A DNA stretch of 64,000 bases from a virus (Duplodnaviria; Caudoviricetes). The stretch spans positions 1 to 64,000 of the IMG/VR virus record IMGVR_UViG_3300044728_000163; one strand, given 5' to 3'. This document shows positions 43,201-54,200 of the stretch, in pieces. The notes under the pieces were generated by a model that was given only the letters and a program-made list of their open reading frames with translations, did not search any database and was not told where the DNA came from. Both the position numbers and the translations under genes were made by a program. The first letter of the stretch is position 1, and each line of letters starts with the position of its first letter.

Positions 43201-46200
43201 GTCCACCAGGGACGGAGCCAGCCCCGACGCTGTTGTAAAAGCCGACGCCCCACCATGATTCGATCTTGATGTTGTTGTTGATGGGACCGACGCCATCAGG
43301 CCCCTGCCTGATGTAGTTGTTGTTCCCGTTGCTGACGAACTGAATGGCTTGCGTCATCGTCAGCGGCACGGTCAGGTAGCCATCGACCGTGCCAAGCATC
43401 CGATACCATTTGGCGTCGGTCCAGCCACCGTCTTGTTGTGAACGATACCAGATCGCGGGACCGCCGCCGCGGTCGCGGCCACCCATCATCAGTTGGTTGC
43501 GCCAACCCTGGTTGCTGTTCCAACCCTCCAGCACGAGCGCGCACTGGTCATACTGGTCATAAGGCCAGTTCAACCCACCGCTCTGATTGGTGATCTGGCG
43601 CAGCCCCATGAACGAATTCGATGGGGTGTTCATGTCGAACGCGACATTCCCATACCCAATGACGGCGGGCACCCAGTCCCAGACGCCAAGGCGACGACCG
43701 TAAGCCAGTTCATTGTTCGGCGCGTCGGTGGTAATCGGCGTGCGCCCATCGACATACCGCCGGGTCGCCGCTTCCATCGGCTGGGAGGGATCTTTGTTGA
43801 GGGTTACCGAACTGCCGAATGTCGTCGCGCCATCAATCGACACGAGGCCGGGATAGCGAACATATATCACTGAAGTCCCGGCTCGATCCGCGAAGGCGAG
43901 ATCGGAATTAACGCCGGGATGTCCCCTGAACAATCCGCCCCAGTTGGGATCGGTGTAGATGGACCCCGGCCTGAAATCACCACCCTGCGTGGACCACGCG
44001 ATGCCGCCGTTGTGCAGCGTCATGCCGTAGAAATAAATTCCGGTGGCGGCATGGATGGCGACATTGTGCTGCGCGCCGTCAATGCGAATACCAAGATTGG
44101 ATTCACTCCATGGCATGAGCGTGATGACGCCAGAGTTTGGGACACCCGTGCTAACGACGAACGAGACATCCCCGGCGACGACGATGCCGTTGTATGCTCC
44201 GGTCGCGTAATGGTTGGGCCAAATGTCTAAATATACCCCGCCAGAACTCACCTTTATCGCTGGAGAGAAATTCGTTTGCCCATTGAAATTCGTTGCTCCA
44301 TTAACCGTTCCGCCGGTCAACGCGAGGTAGTTTCCACTGACCCATCCCCGCGACGCGAGGTAACCCAGATCGTTCCCATCTACGAACAGTTTTAGCGCGC
44401 TGTCGGCTGTCCAGGTGAAAGCGATGGCGTTGCCGCCGCCCGCGACACCGTTGAAGGTGACTCCGAGTCCAAAGAGCCGCAGGATGGCGTCAGAGCGAAG
44501 AGTCGCCAACGTCTTCCATGTCCCGGTGCCGGTGACTTGCATGAAGTCGAAGCCAGCGGGTGCCCACGAACAACCGTTGACGAAAGAAACCTCCCCCCAC
44601 CCACCGGACGAGTTCCAAAGCAGCCAGCCGCCACCGGAAGGAGGGATGGGATCGCCGTTGTGGCGATTGGTAAAGACGAAGTCACCGTTGGCCGCGAGTT
44701 GACCGCGAACGTCGAGGTTCTGCTGAATGGTCAACGATCCGGTCATCGTATCGCCATCGGCATTCACGAAGCGAGCATCGGCCTGCGCGGTCGTCAGGTA
44801 GTTCGTCTCGATCCACCGCTTGTTCACCGCGCTGGTCGGTTGCCATGGGTCTTGCGCCAAATAGACGTGGCCGTTGAAACTCACATCGCCGCCGCGCCCT
44901 TCCGCGCGCGTGATAAACAACGCCTGACCAACGTAGTGGCCGTCGTTGCCGTAGGCGTGCATCTCGAAAGCAGACCCGGTTGTGCCGGTAGTGTCGGTTC
45001 CCTCGCTACTACCAAGGGCCAGACGCAACAGCCACCGCGCTCTCCCGCTGTTATATCCCCATATACTTGTCTCACCTCCGTTATTATTTAGGATCAGTCC
45101 CGCGTTACCCCCAGGAACACCGTCGATCTGGATGTAGCTGCTGACGTTCAATGGCAGATAAGAATAAAGTTTGTCGCCGCCCCACACGCGGAGCAACAAG
45201 TTCCCACCAGCGTAGAAATCGTATTTATTGCTGGCGTCGAAAACATTGAAATTGAGTGTGCTGCCGGTCACGAGGATGCTGTAATTCTGCCCGGTTGGCG
45301 TGCCATAGAAGGTGATGCCACGCGAAGCATCCTGCGGGTTCCCAACGACCCCGTTGCCAAAGTTTATCCCTTGGTTGATCCACAGCGTGTTAACCGCCGA
45401 GACGCCGTTCCCACCACCGTCCAGATACACGCCGCCGCCTGGAGCGTACAACACCACCTGACCGGCGGTGTGTTGCATCACCAACCGCGTCGGCATGGTC
45501 CAGGCGAGTTGAACCTGAACATTGAACGCGACCGATCCGGCGATAGCCGTCAGACCGATGGGGTTGGCGCTCCCCGGCCCGTTGATGGTCATACGCTGGT
45601 GATCCATGCGGAGGTCGGTGACACCCCCACCGGACACCGCCAGCGCCGTGTAGGCATTGCCGTAGTCGTCCCTGAACCGGTCGCCGACGTTGACGCTGCC
45701 GCCAGGATTGGTGATGGAGACAAGCGACGGGTAACGCGAAAGGGAATTGATCTCGATGGTTTGATCGTTGTTGTAGCGCGCGATCCCTAGCGCCTGGACC
45801 TGCACCCTGGCCCCGTTGCGTCCCTCCCTGACCGAGAGGCCGGTCATCTCGATGTAGCCGTCGCGCGTGCTGAACGCGATGCCATACATGCCAAATGGCA
45901 TCATCTGGCCTGGGCAAGTGGTCGTCAGGCCGATGCCATGCCACGAACCCAAGGCGAAATTGACGCCCAGATTGTCAGCGCGGTCCAGGCCCGTGCTGCC
46001 GATGAACATGCTGCCATTGAAGAAATTGACCCTGGTGGTCCCGGTCATCAAAATATCGCCGGTCATATTGCCGCCGGTCAGCTTCAAATATCCCGACATC
46101 TGATCGTCAACGTACTTCTTGTTGACCGCTTGCATGTCCAAAGTCGGAGGCCGGGACAGGTAGATGTCGTAGCCGTTATACATGCCGATGCCACCGGCAT

Positions 46201-49200
46201 TGATCAGCATCACGTCCGCGCCGCCCACCAGGAACACATGGGAGGTGTTGACGTTGGTCGTGTAGTTCAGCCGCGCGTCGGTGATCGAGAACCCCATACC
46301 GGGCTGCCACAGCGTGATGTGACGCGAGGTATCGGTGGGGTTGCCGCTGGGCACCGACTGAGAACCAAAGCTGATGCCGCCCTGCATCGTGCCGCCGGTC
46401 AGCTTTAGGAACGCTTTGTTATCGACGTAGTCCTTGCTCGCCGCCTGGGTGCCCGTGGTGGGAATGCCATCCAGATAGAGATGGCCTTGCATCGTTCCGC
46501 CAGCGATTTTCAGATCGTTGGCGTCGAACCACTGCAATGTGTCCTGCACATTGTAGGTGCCCTGCACCGGTGGATCGACCGCCACCGCCGACGCGGTGAA
46601 GTAGACCAGGCCGAGCGGCAGGAAGATCCAGTCCTCGCCGTCGCTGATAAACCAATCGCCGCGCACGTATTGCGAGGTGCCCGCTGGCATCGGCGGAATG
46701 TGTGTTCCAGAAGCTGGTGGAATGCCCGCCTCGACCACGATGAAGTAACTTCCCTTGACCAGCAAGGTCGGGTCGGGCAGCGGCCCGTTGGGAAGGTTCA
46801 GCATGGTTTTGTAGAACACTTCGTCGCGCGTGCCAGCCGGGTTCAGGTGCAACTGGCCAAAGAACACCAGGTTGCCAGCGGCGACCGCCGATATCTGGTC
46901 CTGCAAGACCTGATCGGCGTTCCGCACATAGAACAACGGCGTCGCGTGTTCATCGACCGTGGGCGTCGTGTGCGGCAGGTACAGCATGCCGGTCAGCGCC
47001 ATCCCAGATCCCGCCGTCAGCGGCAGGAACGGCCCGCCAGCGCGGTCCAGCACCCCATCGGCGTACTTCCTCGTCGCCGCTTCCATGTCGGTCGTCGGCT
47101 CGCGTCCCAGCGTGACGGTGTAGAAGCCGTCGAAGGTCAGGCCGGTGGCGTCGAACCGGGCGATGTCATTGCCGCCGCTGTTGAAATACGTCCAAACGGG
47201 GCTGACGATGTTCAGGCGGTTGTTGGTGACCGAGAGGCCGTAGCTGCCACCGAAAAGGTCGAGGTGCCGCGACAGATCGGTGGGTCTACCAGACGGCGTT
47301 GTGTCGCCGCCGAACGACAGGCCCACATACATCGATATCACCGTGCTGGAGAGCGCGACGGTGGTGATGCTGTCGTTGATGAAATACGAGGCCCCGGCGA
47401 CGATGTTCATCCCACGGTAGGAGACGTTGATGCCGTGGTTCGGGTAGAGCGATATATGCTTCGTCAGGTCGGTGTTGTTGTTCCCGGTGATCGCGCTACC
47501 GAAACTGATCCCGCCGTTCATCAGCAGACCAGCGGGCTGGAACGTGCCGATCAGTCCGGTCCCCTGAATCAAAAACTGATGCACGCCATCGAGGCCGGCG
47601 ACGTAGTTGAAGTGCGCCGGGTTAACCCCGTTCCACTGGACGTTGAAGCCGTAAGTGTGCTGCCCGCCGCCATCGTAAAGCAGGATGTGCTTCGACAGGT
47701 CGTAGTCGCCAGCTACCTGAAACTCGCCCAGGCTGATGCCCAGGTTCTTCATGTGCAGCCCGGTCGCATTGATCCGCGCTGTCTCGACCGTGCCCGCGAT
47801 GAAGACGTTGTTCCCCGGCGCGTCGGTGACGTGAGACAGCATCCCGGTATTGGTGACCGAGATGCCGTAGCCCGCGTAGTGGAACCTGATGTGCTTCGAC
47901 AAATCCCATGCATCGGTGACGGTCGCGCCGCCGAAATCGATACCGATGTTCTGCACGAACAACCCGGCCTGAGTGTAGAACCCGCCGGTTTTACGATTGA
48001 CGCTGAACGATGAGCCAAGATAGTGCCCGTCGTCGGCGAAACGATGCATCGTCAGACCGGAGCCGATGTCGGTGCCGTCCTCGGCTGGATAGTTGTCCAG
48101 GGATAGCTGGAAGCGCGCGACGCTCGCGGCTTGCCACTGGAACCCGGTGCCATACTGAGACTGCTTCGCGCCGTTGACCGCGACCATGCCGCCGGTCCCG
48201 GCTGACGTGCCGACGTTGATGCCGCCATCAACGCTCATCCAGTTCTTGACCGTGACGCGTCCATCCCACGCGCTGATCGCGAACGACTGCCCCAGGTAAG
48301 TCCCGTCAGCCGGGTTGTAGCGGTCGATCCAGAACGAGCCGCTGTTGCGAAGCTGCATGATCGCGCTGACGCCGTTCGGCATCCGCTGCCACCAGATGAA
48401 GCCACGGCTTTCCGACGTGTCGGAGAGGTTGTTGAAGAAATCGAAATCGACCATGCCGCCGTAAGACAGGCCCAGGCTGGCGCTGAAATTGGCCGGTGGC
48501 GGATTGCCCGCGTTGTTGGAATACCACGTCAGCGGAATGCCGGTTCCGTTCGACCCAGGCCACGCGATCTCCAGGCCCCCGGTCATCGTGTCGCCGGTTA
48601 CATTCACGAAACGAGCGTCGGCCTGTGTGGCCGTCAGGTAGTTGGTTTCGATCCATCCGCGGTTGACGGCATGCTTTGGATAGACCGGATCGCGCCTCAG
48701 TTCCAGGTCGCCAGCGTTGTTGAGACTCAGCGTGACCACGCCGTTCATATCAACGAAGTGCGTATCCCAGTTCGATACGATGTTGAGCGTGCCGCCCGTG
48801 ACGCTGAATCCGGCGAAGCCGTTGTAGAGGTTGATGTGGCGCGAGGTGTCCTGGGCCAGGGCGACCGTGTCGTTGCCCAAATTAAGGCCACCCGTATAGA
48901 GCCGCAGATGCCCGGTCTGGTCGAGGGTCATCCCGTAGTTGCCGCCGCGAACGTCAGGCCCCCACTCGGCGCGGCCAGAGCCGTACACGCGGGAGACGCA
49001 GTAGCCGCCCAGGCCGTTGTTCGCCGTCAGTTCCCACAGGCTGCTACGGTCGCCAGCGGACCAGTCGTTCAGCGTCAGCAGACGGAACTCGCCACCGCCA
49101 TGGTAGGCCGTGCCGTCGTAGCCGATGCCGTCCAGGTCAACGAGGACATCATCCGCCGTCAGCGCGCGTGGAGCCGCGCGCGGGCCTTCCGCCGAACGAC

Positions 49201-51235
49201 CGGTGAAGCGCGGCGTGGATGAGTAGGCATTGAACACATCGATCAGGTAGCGAACCGGCATCCCCAGCGTGTCGGTGCCCGCCAGGACCACCACGCCGCT
49301 GTCCACGGGAGATGTGGCGAAGCCCGGTAACGGGCCAGAGCCGTAGTCCCAGATCATCGCCGGGACGCCCTCGCCGGTCTTGGGGATCAGGATCGGCCCA
49401 GACCGTGACGTGGCGAGCGTGACGGGGGAGGTCGTGGTCGCGGCACCCGGTGTGATCACCAGACTGTTATTGGTGGCCGCGCCGATGGTGACGGGACCGC
49501 CGCCAGGAAACGTGACGGCCATGGTGTCGCGAAAGGCCCGAATGATCTGGGCCAGGGGGTTTCCCTGGTTATCGAATGGCCGAATGTTCAGCGGGCTTCC
49601 GGTGGCCGTGCCGCTTTCCGCCGCGCCGCCACCCAGTTCGATAGACCAGCGCGGCACGCCGTTGCGCGCGGCCTGGATATATCCCGCCGCCGTTCCCGCG
49701 GCCAGGGCGTCGAAGGTCAGCGTGGGCCAACCGGTTGTGTAACGAATTTTCAACTCGCCGGTCATTACGTCGCCGGTCTTCATCACATACCCACCGTTGG
49801 CGATGGGCGCGAAATTGTTCGTCACCCACCGCATCGGAACGGCTTGCAGACCCGTGGTCGGGTCGCCCATCAGATATAGCGGCGTGTAGGTTTCGATGGC
49901 CCCCGTGCCGCGTCGGATGACGAGCGGCGTCGGCGAGATCCAGTTACCGTCATCATCGAAACGGTTCATGATGTAGTCGGTGCCGACGTTGCCACCCGGC
50001 TCGCCGCCGCCCGTGCCGAACTCGATGCTCCAGCGCGGCTTGCCGTAGCGTTGGCTCTCGAAATAACCGGCGGCGCTGGTCGCCGTCGTCGTGTTCCACT
50101 TGACCGCGGGCCAGTCGCCACCCGTGCCGATCACGCGGATCGTCGCATCCGTATCGCTGGTGATATAAAGCGCACCGGACATCTGATCGCCGGTTTTCTT
50201 TACATACCCGCCGCTCACGACCGGCGCGAAATTGCCATCGACGTAATTCTTGGGGACGGCTTCCCAGTCGGATGTCGGCGTGCGCGGCAGCGTGACCGGC
50301 ACCTTCGCGTAGAGCCAGCCACCATCGGAGGACAACACGTTCGTGCTACCGGCGATCATGTTGAGGCTGTTGCCGGTGATATTAAAACCACCCCAGCCAT
50401 CGAACAGCGAGATGTGCTGCGTCAGGTCCGTCAGGTTCGCGCCGAAACGCTGACCAAACGAAATACCGCCCTGCATCGTACCGCCAGACAGGGGCAGGAA
50501 TTCAGCGGCGGTATCGCCCAGGACGGCGACGGCGACGGTGGTGTTGTTCGGCAGCGGAAACCCGGTCGCGCTGACCGGCGTGACGTGCAGGATGGTGTAG
50601 CCGCCCATGTCCTCCGCTGGCGCGGCGATGGTCCAGCGCGCGACGCGGCTATGATCGGCGATGGGCTGGATGCTGATCTTCTGGCCAACCTTGAGCGCCA
50701 TCAGCAACAGCGTCCAATCGCGACCGGCGTTGCTCACCTGATCGACGTAGAGCGCCGTCGCGTCGCTCTGATTGGATGCGTTGAAGGTGATCGCGCCCGT
50801 GCCGGGATCGCCAGAGGCCATCACGGTCTTGATGGTATACTCCATGACCGTGACGCCACCGGACGCGGTCGCGGCCATCAGCGTATCGACATAGGATTTC
50901 GAGGCCGCGTCCAGGCCTTCCACGGGATCGCCGACCAGGGAGAGATTGCCCAGCATCTGACCGCCGCTGATCGGCAGGAAGGGTCCGCCAATCGGGACGT
51001 GGCTATCGACGTAGCCCTTGGTCGCGGCTTCCTGGTCGAAGCGCGGGATATCATACAGGTAAAGCGGGCCGGTCAGCTGGCCACCGGAGGTCGGTAAATA
51101 CGTGCTGCCGTCAATGGCCATTTGAAAGTCGCTGACGCGCATCGAATAAGTCTTCCCGTTGTGAACAACGGGAATCAAATCCAGCGTCGGCGTGAAGCCG
51201 GTGTGCAGCGGATCGAGTTCGCTGATCTTCGTCAT
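40262..51235 (-). CDS. Giant modular tail fibre (3657 aa) with S74 chaperone
   Basis: Repeated L.L.GGTM.G and A.K.YVD shaft motifs; about 9 D(L/T)S.HI.L modules; C-terminal SDRRLKSNI..IA.EVE..IP.AV. Confidence 0.88.
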   Translation of the reverse strand: MTKISELDPLHTGFTPTLDLIPVVHNGKTYSMRVSDFQMAIDGSTYLPTSGGQLTGPLYLYDIPRFDQEAATKGYVDSHVPIGGPFLPISGGQMLGNLSLVGDPVEGLDAASKSYVDTLMAATASGGVTVMEYTIKTVMASGDPGTGAITFNASNQSDATALYVDQVSNAGRDWTLLLMALKVGQKISIQPIADHSRVARWTIAAPAEDMGGYTILHVTPVSATGFPLPNNTTVAVAVLGDTAAEFLPLSGGTMQGGISFGQRFGANLTDLTQHISLFDGWGGFNITGNSLNMIAGSTNVLSSDGGWLYAKVPVTLPRTPTSDWEAVPKNYVDGNFAPVVSGGYVKKTGDQMSGALYITSDTDATIRVIGTGGDWPAVKWNTTTATSAAGYFESQRYGKPRWSIEFGTGGGEPGGNVGTDYIMNRFDDDGNWISPTPLVIRRGTGAIETYTPLYLMGDPTTGLQAVPMRWVTNNFAPIANGGYVMKTGDVMTGELKIRYTTGWPTLTFDALAAGTAAGYIQAARNGVPRWSIELGGGAAESGTATGSPLNIRPFDNQGNPLAQIIRAFRDTMAVTFPGGGPVTIGAATNNSLVITPGAATTTSPVTLATSRSGPILIPKTGEGVPAMIWDYGSGPLPGFATSPVDSGVVVLAGTDTLGMPVRYLIDVFNAYSSTPRFTGRSAEGPRAAPRALTADDVLVDLDGIGYDGTAYHGGGEFRLLTLNDWSAGDRSSLWELTANNGLGGYCVSRVYGSGRAEWGPDVRGGNYGMTLDQTGHLRLYTGGLNLGNDTVALAQDTSRHINLYNGFAGFSVTGGTLNIVSNWDTHFVDMNGVVTLSLNNAGDLELRRDPVYPKHAVNRGWIETNYLTATQADARFVNVTGDTMTGGLEIAWPGSNGTGIPLTWYSNNAGNPPPANFSASLGLSYGGMVDFDFFNNLSDTSESRGFIWWQRMPNGVSAIMQLRNSGSFWIDRYNPADGTYLGQSFAISAWDGRVTVKNWMSVDGGINVGTSAGTGGMVAVNGAKQSQYGTGFQWQAASVARFQLSLDNYPAEDGTDIGSGLTMHRFADDGHYLGSSFSVNRKTGGFYTQAGLFVQNIGIDFGGATVTDAWDLSKHIRFHYAGYGISVTNTGMLSHVTDAPGNNVFIAGTVETARINATGLHMKNLGISLGEFQVAGDYDLSKHILLYDGGGQHTYGFNVQWNGVNPAHFNYVAGLDGVHQFLIQGTGLIGTFQPAGLLMNGGISFGSAITGNNNTDLTKHISLYPNHGINVSYRGMNIVAGASYFINDSITTVALSSTVISMYVGLSFGGDTTPSGRPTDLSRHLDLFGGSYGLSVTNNRLNIVSPVWTYFNSGGNDIARFDATGLTFDGFYTVTLGREPTTDMEAATRKYADGVLDRAGGPFLPLTAGSGMALTGMLYLPHTTPTVDEHATPLFYVRNADQVLQDQISAVAAGNLVFFGQLHLNPAGTRDEVFYKTMLNLPNGPLPDPTLLVKGSYFIVVEAGIPPASGTHIPPMPAGTSQYVRGDWFISDGEDWIFLPLGLVYFTASAVAVDPPVQGTYNVQDTLQWFDANDLKIAGGTMQGHLYLDGIPTTGTQAASKDYVDNKAFLKLTGGTMQGGISFGSQSVPSGNPTDTSRHITLWQPGMGFSITDARLNYTTNVNTSHVFLVGGADVMLINAGGIGMYNGYDIYLSRPPTLDMQAVNKKYVDDQMSGYLKLTGGNMTGDILMTGTTRVNFFNGSMFIGSTGLDRADNLGVNFALGSWHGIGLTTTCPGQMMPFGMYGIAFSTRDGYIEMTGLSVREGRNGARVQVQALGIARYNNDQTIEINSLSRYPSLVSITNPGGSVNVGDRFRDDYGNAYTALAVSGGGVTDLRMDHQRMTINGPGSANPIGLTAIAGSVAFNVQVQLAWTMPTRLVMQHTAGQVVLYAPGGGVYLDGGGNGVSAVNTLWINQGINFGNGVVGNPQDASRGITFYGTPTGQNYSILVTGSTLNFNVFDASNKYDFYAGGNLLLRVWGGDKLYSYLPLNVSSYIQIDGVPGGNAGLILNNNGGETSIWGYNSGRARWLLRLALGSSEGTDTTGTTGSAFEMHAYGNDGHYVGQALFITRAEGRGGDVSFNGHVYLAQDPWQPTSAVNKRWIETNYLTTAQADARFVNADGDTMTGSLTIQQNLDVRGQLAANGDFVFTNRHNGDPIPPSGGGWLLWNSSGGWGEVSFVNGCSWAPAGFDFMQVTGTGTWKTLATLRSDAILRLFGLGVTFNGVAGGGNAIAFTWTADSALKLFVDGNDLGYLASRGWVSGNYLALTGGTVNGATNFNGQTNFSPAIKVSSGGVYLDIWPNHYATGAYNGIVVAGDVSFVVSTGVPNSGVITLMPWSESNLGIRIDGAQHNVAIHAATGIYFYGMTLHNGGIAWSTQGGDFRPGSIYTDPNWGGLFRGHPGVNSDLAFADRAGTSVIYVRYPGLVSIDGATTFGSSVTLNKDPSQPMEAATRRYVDGRTPITTDAPNNELAYGRRLGVWDWVPAVIGYGNVAFDMNTPSNSFMGLRQITNQSGGLNWPYDQYDQCALVLEGWNSNQGWRNQLMMGGRDRGGGPAIWYRSQQDGGWTDAKWYRMLGTVDGYLTVPLTMTQAIQFVSNGNNNYIRQGPDGVGPINNNIKIESWWGVGFYNSVGAGSVPGGQAGIWFDTREGIGSFRQITLSRDPTANMDAVTRQWVVNNYAPIVGGGYVARTGDVMSGPLRINHASNNTSAQLWLSTPNMDGGQSRIRFGGNFVGNADQGARYVASIRSGFAGIGWGSEFLDVWITNQVNDDNTDARQSQIARFTMAGLSVSGYSWASGNIGGNAVVSNSGQFIMANNPAYYFERRNDGFWRFVEGNNPIFQVDPGGSATIYGNATFNGVSTFLNQPTVRGTNPQFNLDGPPASWRTIQWWSSGSPRWNIQAEYSNETGSNVGSDLILTRWTDTGTPGAILRFNRETGRMLMQGGPSSDTIQMTVPAGQSARYWSTVTNARTWSAGTRSDGLYVISDENAPAARFWIGTNGDAVFSNRLQVNGVLAVPNAGLTFGQRTAIGNNPLDLSQHIQLWEPNYGFSVTGGTLNIVAGGATNFYPTAGGLVASFNGNGITLSSTLTVTLGRDPTSAYEAATKQYTDNKFVAISGGNYVAKTGDSMTGALGVTNAITITAAAGNASTLWLVPVAGQPSQIIGNRGGLLHWNMQLGDGQAGDNFLIHRYNDAGTYLDAPFVLNRATGDASFNHAVFAYFVQARTASGGYIALQPAGVNNSGYVALFNNAGARTGYIGNTDTNWLYIQPENGPTGVLLGGNIHVVGTASVTSGVVYRSYAVNQIGFGWDGTNGLINLYVDGVYQHGIAARQWTSANFKNIGAYTPNQNVDNGAGPTFAGTNFIGDNVTKNVYNDGQYGHKYRWWSNSWLAMGWNGRVQCWIDGGAAYVELRDTRDPNGPNQNCDYGAGPTFSIVWCNNNGIVYSAWNGQAVALPWDGYSVAFRLDGGYQGRLLRSYDTGGGWTGCHQLMLNGNGTCGIWWPGDGFAGWSIVWSDRRLKSNIRPATIDALGQINRLTFHELDLLPPVPNAVSQHWDCALIADEVEEVIPLAVVKNNEGEGYAQIRELPLIATMARAIQQLTEQNVALMARMEQLEQRMH

Positions 51236-54200
51236 GCGGCGATCCTCGCGGGAGCGGTGGAATTTTGACGCAACTGCGTCGTGATCGTTTCGACCGCCGC
51301 TTTCAAATCCGCCAGCGAGGACACCAGTTCAGCCGTCTGGGAGCGCGTCTCGACCTGGAGGACCGACGCGGTGAGCGTGTCGGGTGCCACGTTGGCCACC
51401 GCGCCCAGCGCCTCGAGGACGCGTTGGAAGTCGCTGACGTAGGCCTCGCCCGAGCCATAGACGGCGCGCGAGGCGTTGAGGAATGTGTCGGCGTAGCCCT
51501 GCAGTTGCTGGATCGAGGTGTAGTCGCCCGCGCCCGCGGCACCGGAAACGGCATTGAACCGGCTGCGTGCCAGGCTGAGTTGGTCTTGCGGTGACAGCGG
51601 TGAGGCGTTGGAGGTCTGCAGCCCCTGCGCGTAGGCCACCAGCGAGGTGATCGACCCCGCCGCCGTCGCCGCCGCCGCTTCGCTTTTCGCCGTGATCTCG
51701 TCGGCGTACTTCTTGACGATGGCGAGCCGCTCCTCGCCGAGCGTGACCTCCAGCAACGACATCTGGTCGGCGTAGGATTGCGACGCGGTGAAACTTTCGC
51801 CGAACAGGCCGATCAACTGATCGCGGAAAGCCACCCGCTGGCGTGACGCGCTCAGATCGAAGCTGAACAGTTCCTTGTCCTGGGCGCTGGCCGATCCGGC
51901 GTTGACCCGCCGCGCGTTCAGATCCTCGTCAGCCGCGACCACGGTCTTCCACGCCGCCTCGATCTGTTCGTTGTATTTCCTGATGATGGCGAGACGCTCC
52001 GCGCCGAGCGTCCGCTCCTCCAGCGCCATCTGATCGGCGTAGGCCTGGGTGGACCGGAACGCCTCGCCGAACGAGGCGATCATGCCGTCGCTGAAATCTT
52101 CCCGTTCGCGCCGTGCCCGCACGTCGAACGAATACAATTCCTTGTTCAGGTCATCATAAGGGCCGGTACTCTTCGTGGCGGCGTTGATCCGCACGTTGAA
52201 GTCCTCATCCGCCCTGGTCAGGCTCTTCCACGCGGCGGTGATCGCCTCGGCGTATTTCCGGACGATCTCGGCCCGCTCCGCGCCATGCACCCGCTCCATC
52301 AGGTTGATCTGATCGGCGTAGGCCTGGGTGGTGCGGAACGCTTCGCCGTAGATGCCGACAAGCTGGTCGCCGAACTGTCGCGTCTCCCGGTTCGCTTTGA
52401 CATCGAAGGCGAACAGTTCCTTGCCCTGCGCGTCGCCAGGCGTGGCGTTGGACAGCCGCACCGCCAGATCCTCATCGATGTCTCGGATCTGTCTTTCCGC
52501 CGCTCTCATCTGTTCAGCGGCCTGTCTGACGAGGGCGACGCGCTCCGCTCCCAGCGTCTCCTCCAGTTGCCGCATCTGATCGGCGTAATAAGCGGTGGAG
52601 GTGAACGCGTCGCCGAACATACCGACCAGTTGTTTCTTGTAGGCATCGCGCTGTTGGTCCGCGCCCTGATCGAAACTCGCCAGCGCGATGGCGCGCGGGT
52701 CTTCGCCGTTCGCCTGCATCCGGCGGATGCGGAGCGTGGTGTCGAAGTCGCGGATCTGGGCGTTCGCCGCGTCGCGGATCTTCGCCTCGCCCGCCGCCTG
52801 GGCCTTGGTCAAATCCTCGGTCGCCAGGCCGTATTTCTTCGACCCCTCGACCGCCGCGTTGAACGCGTCGTTCAGTTCCTTGACCGCCGCCTCGACCGTC
52901 CCCGTGGTCTTGCCGAAATTCATCAGTGTCGGAATCGTGTTCTCGACCAGGACATGATAGTCGGAGATGGCTTTCTGGAGCGTGGCGCTGTCGGGGAAGC
53001 TGGTGCGCTGCAAGTAAGCGTTCAGCTTTGGGTCTTCAGATTTGAAGCGTAACTGATCGAAACCGGTAGCCAGATCCTTGAATTTCGTTGGGTCTTGGTA
53101 ACCATACGGCGTGTTCGATCCAAGCTGACCAACGTCACCCAGCGAGGACAATTTCAGCGATACCGAGTCGAGGTAGCTGTTCAAGGCATCCACATCCTTG
53201 ATCGCCTGGGTGCGTTCCGCGTCGGTATCGACACCCTGGCCAATCGTGCGTCCGATCACGGCGTGACCATCGGCGATGTCGATAAGCGTACTGCTGTAGG
53301 GGCTGGCTTTCTTGGGACCGATGAAGCCACCCGCGCCGCCGCCCAGAGTACCGCCCAGGATGCCGCCGATCAGTGCCCCGAGCGGATTTCCCCCGGTGAT
53401 CAGGAAGCCCGCCAGCGTGCCCATGAGGGCACCCGCGCCCGCGCCAATCTCGGGGGCGGGACCGGTCGTGCCGCGCGCTCCCTGGATACCCTCACCCGCC
53501 AGAGAGCCAAGCACGAAGCCGCCCGCGATGCCGCCGCCGATGCCAGCCAGTGAGCCGCCGACCGTTGAACCAGCCGCGCCATAGCTGCCGAACAGGTTGC
53601 TGGCGGGTCCACCGAGATAATTCGTGATGGGAGTGAAGATCGTGCCGCCGCCCTTCGTGGCCCACAAAGAGCCGCCGGGACCGCCAAGCGCGCTGTTGAT
53701 CGAGCCGCCGATGCCTTCCTTCAAACCGAACAGGTCGGCGAGGGTGCCAGCACCCGAAGCGTAGGTGCTAAGCGAACCGCCAATGCCGTTGGTCGAGCGG
53801 CCAGACGTATCGTCGGTCACGCGGCCACCCGCCGCGCCGCCACCGGCGAAAATCGCGTTGAGGCCTTCGAACAATTCCGGTTGCCTGGGGCCGATGCCAA
53901 GGTAATTGAGGAAGGGACCGACGAACGCCAGTTTGAGGAAGGCCTGGAGAACTTGTTGCGCGGCGGCAACCATGACGTTCTTCCAGTTCACCGCGGCACC
54001 CTGACCCGATATCAGCGCCTGGGTGATCGAGTTGCCAATGGTATCGAACGCCTGGGTGAACGCCGAACTGACCGCGGTGACGGACGCCTCGATGTTTTTC
54101 AGCGCCAGGTTCTGGCGCGCCAGGTCATCCAGTAATGACTGCCGTTCCGCTTTGTCTTCTTTTTCGCCGCCGGGGGCCATGTTCTTCACGGCTATTTGGT

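Noticed and set aside
40654-51097. Long + strand ORFs opposite the fibre gene (e.g. 46481-48013, 50051-51097) and similar ones opposite TMP and dcm
   Set aside because: Antisense shadows typical of high-GC coding DNA; no motifs
34694-51235. Diversity-generating retroelement or invertible fibre cassette
   Set aside because: No reverse transcriptase, no TR/VR pair differing at adenines, and no invertase seen
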